A stretch of 64,000 nt of DNA, taken from NCBI RefSeq assembly GCF_006345805.1, contig NC_043015.1:43462001-43526000 (forward strand), in the 5' to 3' direction. Every line of letters starts with the position of its first letter. Position 1 is the stretch's first letter. Shown piece after piece: positions 11,859 to 24,658 of this stretch. The DNA comes from Octopus sinensis (lineage: Eukaryota). Both the position numbers and the translations under genes were made by a program. The notes below the pieces were generated by a model. That model did no database searches, was not told the origin of the DNA, and worked only from the letters and a program-made list of their open reading frames with translations.

Positions 11859-11910
11859 TATGTATATATATATATGTATATATATCTATATCTATATATG
11901 TATATATATG

Positions 11911-11944
<34 letters not shown>

Positions 11945-11973
11945 ATATATATTTAATATATTATATATATATA

Positions 11974-12051
<78 letters not shown>

Positions 12052-12075
12052 TATATATATATAGATATATATACA
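10730..12075. repeat. (TCTA)n/(TCTG)n, (TG)n and (TA)n microsatellite blocks
   Basis: Direct reading: 10730-11230 and 11800-12075. Confidence 0.93.
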
Positions 12076-12948
12076 GGGACCAGTAACGCCCACTTAGGGA
12101 ACCGCTGCTCTGAATGTATTTTTTGCAAATGTTTCTTTTCTTCTTTGTGACGCATCCTGTCAATAATGCTTCTCTGTATATATTCAAGTTTTACATAAAA
12201 CTAAACAGGCTAACAACTTTTTATTTTATTTTACTGCTGCGATACGAATGCAGACGATATCGAAATACCCAGACAAAGTAAGACATCTTTATCAATCAAT
12301 TCTGCACGAGAAGCAGAAATAAAATATTATTTTATCCAATAACTTCTCAATTTGATGTTTATTTAATGAAGAAATTGCGATAAAATTTCGCTATTTTTTT
12401 TCTTTTTTCATTTATTTATTTTAGACAAATAAGGATTTCATAAAAACTTTCAATAAGAATTTTATTTCTAAATTAGTCCAAAACAAAGCAAAAATTAATT
12501 ATTCAGAAAGAATCTGAGAAAATGACTGCAATAAAGCAAATGTCAAATACCAATACTACATAAATAAGATGGTAACTAGTTAATCACTGTAAGTTAAATT
12601 ATGGCACTAGAGTAATTAGTTTGACTTTAGTATTTTCTTCTCAACTCTGGCAGAACACTTGTCAAAGGTTATTTTGATTAAGTGTCTTCGGCGTTGTTTT
12701 ATTAAACGAAGCTAAAAATATATTCTCATGAATTAATGATTCTGAAATAAATTAAATAAATAAATAGCAAGAATGAAATATTAAAAACAAAGAAAATACT
12801 GAACTTTTGTATGAAGGTGGGGATTGAAAGTGTAACATATATTTTGAAACAGATATAGATTTCAAGCGATTGTTTTCATGAGAAGGGGAATTCCTAAGCT
12901 GGAAAGTATCATATGCTGATTGCAGCAAGTATCCATGTACTCAATATA

Positions 12949-13361
12949 TATTTCTTTACTACCCACAAGGGGCTAAACATAGAGGGGACAAACAAGTACA
13001 GACAAAGGGATTAAGTCGATTACATCGACCACAGTGGGTAACTGGTACTTAATTTATCGACCCCGAAAGGATGAAAGACAAAGTCGACCTCGGCGGAATT
13101 TGAACTCACAACGTAACGACAGATGAAATACCTATTTCTTTATTACCCACAAGGGGCTAAACACAGAAGGGACAAACAAGGACAGACATAGGTATTAAGT
13201 CGATTACATCGAGCCCAGTGTGTAACTGGTACTTAATTTATCGACCCCGAAAGGATGAAAGGCAAAGTCGACCTCGGCGGAATTTGAACTCACAACGTAA
13301 CGACAGACGAAATACCGCTAAGCATTTCGCCCGGCGCGCTAACGTTTCTGCCAGCTCGCCG
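12949..13361 (-). mobile_element. Head-to-tail dimer of SINE family A
   Basis: A full copy (13361-13131) followed by a head-truncated copy (13130-12949), both inside one 16-bp TSD CCATGTACTCAATATA (12933-12948 and 13362-13377). Confidence 0.9.
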
Positions 13362-14112
13362 CCATGTACTCAATATAATAAACTACACTTGTATTTATTT
13401 ATCTCGTGGTGGAATAGACATGTTAGCCGATCCACTTCTACCGATAACAGAGTCTTATGTTTAAAACTATGATTTGGTTACCGCCGACGACGGTCACCTG
13501 TCGACTCGGCGGTTGACAAGATTTCAAACTAAATTTTCTTATAAGTTATCCAAGGTGCTTGTAAGAAGGTGTGGCTACAGCTTTCCTCAGATGAAGAGGT
13601 ATACCTAGGACTTTCAACAAGCAGTTCTAATTTACTGGTTGTAGTCGCCAGTACTTTGTACCCATAGAATCGGTACTTTTTTATAGAAACGTATCATAGT
13701 TTAGTTCAATTTACCTACTCAATGTTCACCAATAAGTCTACTCTAAATTAACAAATGCATTTCGACTCTTCTATTGAAGATAACCAGAAGCGTGATCCTG
13801 TAAGGGGAAACGACTTCTTTTATACAAATGGCTTCGAGCGAAAAAAAGAACTTGCGTTTTATATTATTAGCAACATTCTAGGTTACACCGTACACATTCA
13901 GGATTAAGTTGTCGGCCAAAGGCAGAAGTACTGTCATAAAACCGTCAGCCATTCCAGTAGCAGTCTTAAGGATGTTTCATGTATCTGTGTTGACCGTGAT
14001 GCCAGCATCAGGAATTATTTGAGAAGTATCCTATAATTCCACTGAATTTTACCCATATACATATTCATTACTCAATATATACATATTCAATATATATTTA
14101 CATACACATATT

Positions 14113-14145
<33 letters not shown>

Positions 14146-14257
14146 AATTAAGGACTGAACACGAAAAGTGGACAGTCAACATGCTAGATATAGACGTCAA
14201 ATCGCCATCCTCCACAAAGAGTATGTTATATATATATATATATATAAAAATTTGTGT

Positions 14258-14527
14258 GGAGGCGCAATGGCCCAGTGGTTAGGGTAGCGGACTCGCGGTC
14301 TGAGGATCGCGGTTTCGATTCCCAGTCCGGGCGTTGTGTGTGTTTATTGAACGAAAACACCTAAAAGTTCCACGAGAATTCCGGCAGGGGGTGGTGATCC
14401 CTGCTGTACTCTTTCACCACTCTTTCTTTCTTCTATTGGCCTGCTCGCTTAGCCAGCGGGGTGGCATCATTCGAGGCTAAAAGCAATGCGAACGCATTGT
14501 GACCAGCGATGTGTAACAGCATCTGAT
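14258..14527 (+). mobile_element. SINE family C (short-tail variant)
   Basis: GGAGGCGCAATGGCCCAGTGGTTAGGG...GGTTTCGATTCCCAG head, with tail GGCCTGCTCGCTTAGCCAGCGGGGTGGC...GACCAGCGATGTGTAAC. Same as 48697-48985. Confidence 0.88.
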
Positions 14528-15351
14528 ATATATATATAAATTATATATATATATTATATATAATATATATATATATAATATAAAATTTAGTTGTTGGTAT
14601 TTGAAACGGTATCTCCAAATACCAAACTTTTTCATTTCAACACCAGACCGAAAACTTGCAATGATGCACTTAGAATGTCATCGTTTCGCCTTCTTCGCTT
14701 CCAGTTTACGGAAAATTCAACTGCTGTTTCACATCATCCATAATAACTTCAGAATACTATAACATTAATATCAAAACAATTTAAAGTGATATCAGATTTA
14801 CAATTAAAAGTCGTTATCCATCTTCCACAGGAAAAAAGAAAAAGAAAACATCTTCTGCAGGCAGCTGAAAGAAGTAAAAACACACACACACACACACACA
14901 CACAACCATATTACTATGCATTCGTTGATCGATACTCGACTTCTACGTATACATTGCTTCACGTATTTTAGAAGCGCTAGTTCAGATTCTTATCACTTGT
15001 ATGAACAAATGAAAAAACGCATCAGGTTTTCTTTTGCGTTTCAGTGCCCGAAAAAAGGCTTCTCACAAAACTACTTTCTGTGACTTTCGAAATATATACG
15101 CTACATCATCAATATGTGAAGACCGCTTCCGATATCATCAAAGCGCTTGCTTAATTTGAAAGCAAGGAAAAGATCTCTCACGTTGATAAAGAATCGTTTT
15201 TACTAATTCCGTTCTTTAATTCTTCTTGCTGGTGGTGAATGGTGTCTTCTCCCTTCGGAGTGAATGACCCCTATAAAATGAGGAATGCACTTTAAAGTAA
15301 TTCTACCCTAAGATGTAGGCTGAGTTGTGAATTACTCCAGCAGGGTACGAC

Positions 15352-15772
15352 GGACTTCTTTCAGTTTCTGTCTACCCAAATCCACTCAGAATTCTTTAGT
15401 CGGAGCGAGGCTATAATAGACGATACCTGCCCAAGGTGCCACGCAGTGGGACTGAACCCAGAGCCATGTGGTTGTTAAGCAATCTTTTTACAACACAGCC
15501 ACTCCTGCGCTTCTGTGTGTGTGTGAATGTGTGTGTGTATGCGTTGCCTTGAGTCTGTGTTCGTTCCCATATCACCGCTTGATAACCGGTGTTTTGTATG
15601 TTTACGTCCCCGTAATATAACGGTTCGGAGAAAGTGACCAATAGAATAAGAACTAGGATGAACAAAATAAACCCTGGTATCGATTTGTTCGACTGAAAAC
15701 AAACCCTTCATGGGCAGTGCTTCAACATGGCCGCAGTTGAATGACCTAAACAAGAGAAAGAATAAAAGAGAT
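15352..15772. mobile_element. SINE B head (minus, 15352-15511) joined to SINE B 3' module (plus, 15512-15772)
   Basis: The two halves are in opposite orientation around the internal (TG)n. Confidence 0.75.
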
Positions 15773-15840
15773 AGCCGAAACCATAGGATTTACGATTGCT
15801 GAACAGTTAATCACTGCACGAGAAATACATTTCAATGCAA

Positions 15841-16347
15841 TCTATATATATAAAACTCTAGTTGTGTGAGTGTCTGTCCCCTTCGATTTAGATTCCTAAC
15901 TCCTCCCACATTTTGCGGTGCAGTTTAACCAAATTCGGGTATCTTATAGTCGTGATTCATATCGAGCCCGTCTGACTATTAGCGCGCGTCAACGATGAGT
16001 CTACGATTTTAAAAATAATTTAACATCATTTTTTATTCCATTTTAATGCATAAAATGCATCGTGTGTCGATGGCGGCGGAGTTGGCGTCCACGCTCACAG
16101 CTGCACCTGTTTGCTTCTCCCCCTTCCCCTCCCTCGTGAAGCTGTGGGGAAGGGAGTGTAAAGAAATCAACGTCGTAATGCGTTGTGAAGGAAACCAGCG
16201 TTCTTTTAGAACAACGACTTCATGGCTTGAAGAAACCAAAACAAAAATGGCTAAGAAAGCCCGAATTTATAAGGGAAGTAACTCTCTAAAAATGCTTATA
16301 TAGTTATTTCCCTTACAAACCCGAGCAACGCCGGGCGATACTGCTAG
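15841..16347 (+). mobile_element. Non-autonomous Helitron, copy 1
   Basis: A|TCTATATATATAAAA 5' end; 3' hairpin CCCGAGCAACGCCGGG 8 nt before CTAG|T. Inserted at an AT dinucleotide with no TSD. Confidence 0.92.
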
Positions 16348-16746
16348 TTATTAATACGAAGCGAAACCAGAGTAGTGCTCGAGTAAAAGCCGGACCGAAC
16401 ACATAGAAGATGGAGCGAAAACAGCCATAAAAGTGCAGATCTTGTGAATAATCATTTCTAATTTGGTCGAGAGATCAATAGTTTCAGGGTAAATGATAAA
16501 TAGATGGTGTCGTACACTTTTTTTCTCTTGATCTCGAAAGGATGAAAGTGTGAAAGTTGAAACTCACCAGGATTTCCATTCAGAACGTACGGAACCGGAA
16601 GAAATAGAGCGAAGCATAAACCATGTTATCCGACTCTCTAATGGTCTGTCAAACAACTGTAATGTCATACATACACACATACAATACATACATACATACA
16701 AAATATATACATACATACATACATATACATACCTCAACATACATAC

Positions 16747-16788
<42 letters not shown>

Positions 16789-16807
16789 TATATCTTATAT
16801 ATATAAT

Positions 16808-16840
<33 letters not shown>

Positions 16841-17022
16841 CTATATACAGATTATATATATATATATGTATATACATACAAATATACAGACGTCAATACG
16901 TATATAGATGTATACACCCGCACATATACACGCATAGATATAGGTACATATGGGTATTATGTGTATATAAACATACATGAATATTTACACGCACATCCAT
17001 CCACATGTATGTGTATACATGT

Positions 17023-17060
<38 letters not shown>

Positions 17061-17295
17061 TATAAATATATATAGTAGGTATATGATAGATGTGAGTGTG
17101 TGTGTGTGTAGTGGTTGTGGGTCTGTATTTGTGTGCCTGCAGCTTAGTGCATATCTCCATATGCCACCAGGTTTGTGTGCGCCAGTGTACATGTATATAT
17201 ATTATTATATTATATATATATCTAATGGTGGTGTGTGTGTGTGTAATACATGTATATCGATGCCTATATATATATATATATATATATTATATACA

Positions 17296-17679
17296 TCTCT
17301 CTATATATAAACGGCAGTTTGTCTGTGCGTGTTTCTGTGTTTCTGTTTGCTTGTACCCTCACCCTGACCACGGCTTTCATCCGATTCTGATGAAACTTGA
17401 CACGCACGTAGCCCAATGTCATAATTCAAAACTAACGTAGCGAAAATTTTGAAAAGTTCCCCCAGTTCTGAAAAAAATCGATAAATTCGACATGGGGTCG
17501 AGGATCAGAAACACAAACCGCAAATTGTCTAGGGGACGCAACTCCACCTTTTTTCACTCTCAAAAAAAATTTACCATCATTTTATTCCATTTTTTTGCTA
17601 TTTTTTGGCTATAACTCTCTAAAAATGCTTTATAGTTATTTCCCTTACAAACCTGAGCAACGCCGGGCGATACTGCTAG
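17296..17679 (+). mobile_element. Non-autonomous Helitron, copy 2 (different 5' half)
   Basis: A|TCTCTCTATATATAAA 5' end; CCTGAGCAACGCCGGGCGATACTGCTAG|T 3' end. Confidence 0.88.
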
Positions 17680-17994
17680 TACAATATACAATAATGTTTG
17701 TAGGCATATATTGGTTTCTTTCTGTTATCTATGTTTACGTATTTATATTTGGTTGTATATTTATAAATGTATATGCATATGTATATATGTATATAAATAT
17801 GTATGTGTGGTAGCGCATGTGTGTGTACATGTGTTGTGGCTTTGTGTGTGTGTTTGTGTATATGTATGTATATATGTATGTATATATATATATATTCGTG
17901 TATCTGTGTGTGAGCGCCTGTATGTGTATATATCCGTATTTGTGTATAGATGGGAATTTGTATGTGTATGTCTATATGTACAAGCATACGTGTA

Positions 17995-18035
<41 letters not shown>

Positions 18036-18261
18036 ATATACACACATATATACATATATATATATATATAGACATACAAATACAAATTCCCATGTATACA
18101 CAAATATGAGCATATGCACATACATGCACTGACATACACACAGGAATAAATATATGTATATACATACATATATACAAATATTATTTATATATATACAGAT
18201 ACACGCAGCGGCATGCATACACACAAACCCACAACACATGTACACACACACACACATGAGC

Positions 18262-18844
18262 CCCCACAGACATGCAGGAATTAAATAGACAGATTTGATT
18301 TTCAAAATTTCTGCTTTAAGCGTCTTAATATGTTTTCAGCGGTGTAGAATTTACAATGTAATTATTCTTTTCACCCCAGGTGCCATTTATATTAAACATT
18401 TGCGAAGAGTTACTATGCCACGTACAAAAATTGAACAGACCTGTTAGATTTTCAAAGAGATCGTATTGTTGGGCAATCTGTGGATGGTCTTAACCAGCGA
18501 AAAATTGCCGAAATCTTCAAATTCCTCTTGCTACTGTTAATAGAATTATAGTTCAATTCAAAAGCCAATGAAAAGAATCAACAGATACTCGTCGCGGCCG
18601 ACCTGGTCCCTGGGAAAGGAAGCTTCGCTGTTTGAAGAGAATTGTGGAAAACGAACCCCGTTCGAAGGCCTCTGACATTGCAAAACAGCTAAAAGTTAGT
18701 CCAAGAACGTATGTTACATATCTGCATAAGATTGGGTATTATGGACGAGCAGCTAGAAGAAAACCTCTCCTTCAACCAATTAATATCAAGTAAAATATTT
18801 TGAAAATTAATGGTGTCTATTTACTTCCTGCATGTCCGTGCATA

Positions 18845-18845
<1 letters not shown>
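18262..18845 (+). mobile_element. Internally deleted Tc1-like DNA transposon with both TIRs
   Basis: TIRs at 18265-18309 (CACAGACATGCAGGAATTAAATAGACAGATTTGATTTTCAAAAT) and 18797-18840 (reverse complement CACGGACATGCAGGAAGTAAATAGACACCATTAATTTTCAAAAT). From ATG 18415 the frameshifted transposase N-terminus reads DFQRDRIVGQSVDGLNQRKIAEIF..PLATVNRIIVQFK..RGRP..LKRIVENEPRSKASDIAKQLKVSPRTYVTYLHKIGYYGRAARRKPLL. The DDE domain is missing. Confidence 0.9.
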
Positions 18846-18892
<47 letters not shown>

Positions 18893-18983
18893 TATATTTA
18901 TATATGAGGATAATATCGATATTTAAGTATCAAAATTATCAGTGGCCAGCATGAAAGAAATACCTTACAAAGGTAAAAATTTT

Positions 18984-19098
18984 TATAACAATTAAAAATG
19001 AGGGTGTCTAAAAGACACCAACATGCCGAAATAGCAGTCGAAATTTCGACTGCTATTTCGGCATGTTGGTGTCTTTTAGACACCCTCATTCTTAATTG

Positions 19099-19103
<5 letters not shown>
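18984..19103. repeat. 120-bp near-perfect palindrome (60-bp arms, no spacer, 1 mismatch)
   Basis: Centre GAAA|TTTC at 19043/19044. Explains the identical ORF start MRVSKRHQHAEIAVEISTAISACWCLLDTLI on both strands. Confidence 0.97.
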
Positions 19104-19160
<57 letters not shown>

Positions 19161-19243
19161 TATACATATATATATACATACTACATACATATATGTATAT
19201 ATAATTAAAACAAAATTTTTTATTATTATTGATAATATATATA

Positions 19244-19279
<36 letters not shown>

Positions 19280-19494
19280 CATAAATTTACTTGGAAATGG
19301 CTGTGTGGCATCCAGTCATGTAATAATATATATAGACATATATATAGACATATACATAATTTATTTATATATATATATTTATTTATTCAGCGCATCCTGG
19401 GGTACAGAGGATTCGCAATCTAGACTAGAGTCTGAAAATTTGCCACAACATAATGTGGTTACACCATGGTTCCTCTGCTTTGTGGTAGAAGTAG

Positions 19495-19905
19495 GAACAT
19501 AGAGTGAGAGAAAATTGTGGTGAAAGAGTACAGCCGGAACCTCGTGAAGCTTAGGTGTTTTTGCTCAATAAACGCTCAGAATGCCCTGTCTGGGAATCGA
19601 AACCGCGTTCTTACGACCGTGAGTCCCCTGTCCTAACCACTGGGCCATTGCGTCTCCATCTATGTTGCTGTCGGTATTATCGTTGTTAAGCTGACTTGCT
19701 TGCAGAATTGTTAGCACGTCGGACAAAATACGTTCCGGTCTTATTTATTCCGGCTCTTTACATTCTGAGCTCAGATTCTGCCATTGTCCATATTGTCTTT
19801 CCTCGTTTCATGGTCGATGAAATATTATCAATTGTACATTGGGGGTCGATATAATCGATTAGCTCCACGTCTCACAAAATTTCAGGCCTCGTGCCCGTAG
19901 TTGAA
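19495..19905. mobile_element. SINE C head (minus, 19495-19658) and degenerate SINE A with tail B (plus, 19695-19905)
   Basis: Homology to the other copies in the window. Confidence 0.75.
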
Positions 19906-20035
19906 AAAAAAAATTTGTTAATGTTGTTGTTACAGAGGTTGTGTAATACACATGAATACAAATTCTTATAATAATATTTATCGGATCTTTTCAATCTCAG
20001 TCACAGAATTTCTAATTAATTTTAAAAGATACTTA

Positions 20036-20919
20036 TCGCATACATGTGGTGTATTTATCTCGAGTACACACACATACACAGACGGACAGAAAGACAGACA
20101 GAAACTCGCACATATACACACATATACACACACTCACGCATACTCACATACATATATGCATGTATGTATGTCTGTGTGTATTTGTATGTATATATGTAGA
20201 CATTATTTTCATATCCAAATTCTTTGAGATCAAGTAATTATCATTCTCTTCCAACTATTCACGTATCGATGAAAGTTATTAACTAAAAGATAAACATGAT
20301 CTTTTCAATCTCAGACAGATTTTTTAATTAAGCTTTTTTAACTACACAATTTGAAACTTCGGATACCGGTTGAATGTGTCACGTAGAACACGGTTTGCTC
20401 TTAACGCTTTTGACAAAAGTTTGTATTTTAGAAGTTATTTCGTGTTAAAGTTGTCACATTTGGGAAATTTGACCAATCGATGACGTGTATTCAACTGGAA
20501 AAGTTACTGCTGTTTGCGAAAGTAATGGAAGAGCAACAACATCCTGGTCATCGAGTCATCTGTTTTGGACGCTGCGTATGTATATGTACGTAAATACACA
20601 GAGACATGTATACGTATACACACACACACATACATACATTCATATTTAAAGCTGATAAAACCCCGAATAGAAGCAAGGGAAAGGAGAGTGTTTAATAAAT
20701 TAATATGCAGTTGTAGGGGTGGTTGAGTTTATATAAGCTGTCGTTCAGATCGTCAACACACCACCTCTATTTCTCTCTCTCTACAATTTGCTGGAAATAA
20801 CAGCCAAATCTCCCTCAATATCACACACTAACATTATTTAAACGAGAGGACACGTTGGATGAGATGGAAAATACACACACACACACACACACGCAGACAC
20901 ACACACACACACACACGCA

Positions 20920-20972
<53 letters not shown>

Positions 20973-21498
20973 ATGTATTCCCTATAAAAGAACTTTCTCT
21001 TTTTCTCACCCGCCTTTCTTATCTTTTATGCTTTTCTCCCGATGACCCGGATGTTGAGGCTCTTCCATTACTTTCGCAAACAGCAGTAACTTTTTCAGCT
21101 GAATGCACGTCAATGATTGGTTAAAATTAATTACCCAAATACGACAACTTTAACACGAAATAACTTCTAAAATACAAAATTTTGTCAAAATAGTTAAGAG
21201 TGAATCGTGTTCTACGTGACACATTAAACCAGTATCGAAGTTTCAAACTGTTTAGTCAAAATAAACATTAATTAAAAAATCTTCTGATTAATAACTTTCA
21301 TAGACACGTGAATAGTTGGAAAAGAAATATAATTACTTCATCTCAAAGAATACAAATATGAAAATAATGTCTACATATATACATGCAAATACACACACAT
21401 ACATACATACATGCATGTGTGTGTGCGTGCTTGTGTCTGCCTGTCTGTCCGTCTGTCTACGTTTGTGTACTCGAGATAAATACACGACATATATGCGA
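20036..21498. repeat. Long inverted repeat: arms 20036-20553 and 21040-21498, spacer ~486 bp
   Basis: For example GTGTATTTATCTCGAGTAC / GTACTCGAGATAAATACAC and AAAAGTTACTGCTGTTTGCGAAAGTAATGGAAGAGC / GCTCTTCCATTACTTTCGCAAACAGCAGTAACTTTT. Arms are diverged, roughly 80% identical by eye. Confidence 0.9.
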
Positions 21499-22145
21499 GT
21501 GGTTATTAATTTCCCCGGATTTTATTATCACTGTGAGGCATCAACAGTAAAACATTTCCAGTCTTCTGCGACCAACCAATTCCCCCACCCCACTCCACCC
21601 CTCAACCCTAAACAAAAAGACAAGAACGTAAAATTCAAGCGTCTCTAAAGAAGCACAATGCCATCGTCGCTGGTCCACAAGTTACATATATACGTTGATA
21701 ATTTCAACATTCCCTTATCGACATTTATGTAATTATTGGTAGTTAGACTTTAAATCATAAAGCACATAAATGTGGATATATGCCGTCTAATACAATAATC
21801 TCCGAGGATACATATCACTAGAAATATAAATTTACGGCGATCGTTAATGATCTGATTTAATTATTGATTGTTATTGATCAATTTAGATAACTTTATATAA
21901 AAGTTTACAGAGCCGGAATCGAATTTAATTGGATACAGTGTAATTGAGCACGAGTTTCTAAAAGTTTGCTTGTGTGTATATGTGTGTGTTTTAAAAGATT
22001 TTTCTTTGCTACATATGATTGAAGTTCAAATCAATGTGAATACTGTTATGTGGTCTCAAGAAAACTTAGCAATAGCAGCGGAATTTAACTGAAATTTGAT
22101 TTTAAATTTCTTTGCTGTGTCTTGGAAGAATCATTACCTCAATAA

Positions 22146-22968
22146 CACTGGGTAATATTTTTGAAAAACAATTTAGTTGTCTTGCTTTTACAATTAATCC
22201 TAGCTAATTTGATGGTGTTGGGTTCAGAAAGGCCCTCAGAAATTTTCTATCACGTCAAGATTTTTGTTAAACAGGAATTATTATTTTTTTTTTTTTACCA
22301 AAAATGTCAATTTTTTCATTAAATGAAATACTGAATTAAGAAATTAACACAAACCAATAGCACTTTTTATTGTTTAACAAATATATTATACAAATATTTA
22401 ATTACACATCTTAGAATAGATATTTCTATCAAACTGGAATTTCAGTTGCTCAAGGAATGAGCATTCTCTTTGCTGCTTTATGTGAATAAATTGCATCATG
22501 ACAGTCTCTTTACGGTGACCTGCCGTAGATAGCACCACGTTGGTGTTCCACCGGCCTTGATACTTAGTCTCCATGTTTTCGATGTCTTGGTTGAATCATT
22601 CTCCTTGCTCATCACTTATTGCGTTATGATTTTCAAGGAAATAGTCCAGATGACTGCAGGAAATGCACTTTTACTCTCATGTTGCAGTTCAGTGCTTGAA
22701 AACTGCTTAAAAGGATCTGCTCAAGATCTTCATAATATGATGGCTTTCTGTTTTCAAGGAAATCAGATACAACTGCAGCAAAATAATCCCGTGATTCTTT
22801 TTCAATACCAGACATGGTCTCCAAAAATGACTCGACCTGAAACAGCCACCAATTATGTGGCCTATCAAACATACCAACTTTAATTTTCTCACAAGACAAG
22901 ACTGGAAACTTTCGGCTTAAGCATTTGAAGCAGCTAATTTTCAGAGTTTCAACACACGTTTTGCACAC
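22146..22968 (-). mobile_element. Chapaev-type (CMC superfamily) transposase C-terminal remnant with candidate terminus
   Basis: FKCLSRKFPVLSCEKIKVGMF...FAAVVSDFLENRKPSYYEDLEQILLSSFQALNCNMRVKVHFL, then frameshift HLDYFLENHNAISDEQGE*FNQDIENMETKYQGRW. Matches the MSLKIHFLHSHLD..SDEHGERFHQDI family. CACTG at 22146 is a possible TIR start. The Chapaev name is from recall of this protein family. Confidence 0.82.
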
Positions 22969-23667
22969 TATATAGGTAAGCTTTCTTCACAAAAAACATA
23001 CACGCATACACACATACATTCGCGCGCGTGCACATATATACATATATCATAAAATGCGGTCTCTTCTTTCACCATAGACGAGTAAGTTATTTAGGAGATA
23101 TTGTGCAATTCGTGCGACAAACATGGTATTATGGTCTCAAATATGTCTGGTCTACTAAAGATACTCAGGAAGCACACACTTGCAGCAATTCTTTGAGACT
23201 CCGCCAATCCATCACCGTTAATAAATTAGGGCTTTTGATAATGATTGTGTTTCTTTAATTATTCCACACGAAAATAGACAGTAGCTCTATTGCCTACGTT
23301 AACTTTCAAATGCAAAGCTCTTTTTACATATTTTGTTACTTATGCACCTAGATAGAGAATTATAGCGGAATAGAGGAAGAGACTATGAAGAATTTTACCA
23401 TCATATATTATTCTAATTTGGTGAATAATTTTGAAAATCAGATTCTAGGGAAGAATATTTGGAATAGGATGTTAGTGATTGTTCATATAATAATTAGCAC
23501 TCAATGCCACTGGGAGAAAATTGAATTTAGTTATAAAACCTTCGAGGACAATAAATGAGGAATATATACACATAATGAATGAAGAATTATATTGAATATA
23601 ATGTAAAGTGTATCCTTAATAATGTAAAGTATAGTCTTGATCTTTTGGCAAATCACTATGCGTTGGC

Positions 23668-23699
<32 letters not shown>

Positions 23700-23703
<4 letters not shown>

Positions 23704-23902
23704 CTTTACTGCCCACAAAGGGCTAAACATAGAGGGGACAAACTAGGACAGACAAAGGGATTAAGTCGATTACATCGACCCCAGTGCGTAACTGGTACTT
23801 TATTTATAGACCCCGAAAGGATGAAAGGCAAAGTCGACCTCGGCGGAATTTGAATTCAGAACGTAACGGTGGACGAAATACGGCTACGCATTTCGCCCGG
23901 CG
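23700..23902 (-). mobile_element. SINE family A, head truncated at (TA)n
   Basis: Homology to 822-1056. Confidence 0.88.
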
Positions 23903-23933
23903 TATATGTAATATATGTATATATATATGCTTT

Positions 23934-23978
<45 letters not shown>

Positions 23979-23980
23979 TA

Positions 23981-24067
<87 letters not shown>

Positions 24068-24101
24068 ATATATATATATATATGTGGTATGTATATGTAT
24101 G

Positions 24102-24193
<92 letters not shown>

Positions 24194-24200
24194 ATATATT

Positions 24201-24595
24201 AGGCGCAGGAGTGGCTGTGTGGTAAGTAGCTTTCTTAACAACCACATGGTTCCGGGTGGCACTATAAGCCAGTGTCTTCTATAACCCCGGGCCGACCAAA
24301 GACTTGGGAATAGATTTGATAGACGGAAAATGAATGAAGCCCGCCGTATATGTGTGCATATATTTATATATGTATGTGTATATGTTTGTGTGTCTTTGTT
24401 TGAGCCCTCAACATCGCCTGACAACCGATGCTGATGTGCTTATGTCCCCGTAACTTAGCAGTTCGGCAAAAGAGACCGATAGAATATGTACTAGGCTTAC
24501 AAAGAATAAGTCCTGGTGTCGATTTGCTGGACTAAAGGCGGTGCACCAGCATGTCCGCAGTCAAATGACTGAAATATATAAAGGAGTAAAAGAGT
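24201..24595 (+). mobile_element. SINE family B, full length
   Basis: AGGCGCAGGAGTGGCTGTGTGGTAAG head, internal TA/TG repeat, 3' module ending GGCGGTGCACCAGCATGTCCGCAGTCAAATGACTGAAA...TAAAAGAG. Confidence 0.9.
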
Positions 24596-24658
24596 ATATA
24601 CATATATATATATGTATATATAGTCTTTTACTCTTTTACATATTTCAGTCATTATATA

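Noticed and set aside
13786-13818. AGAAG-CGTGA-TCCTGTAAGGG-GAAAC-GAC-TTCT hammerhead-like string
   Set aside because: The core lacks two bases and the triplet is wrong. At best a fossil that I cannot distinguish from chance.
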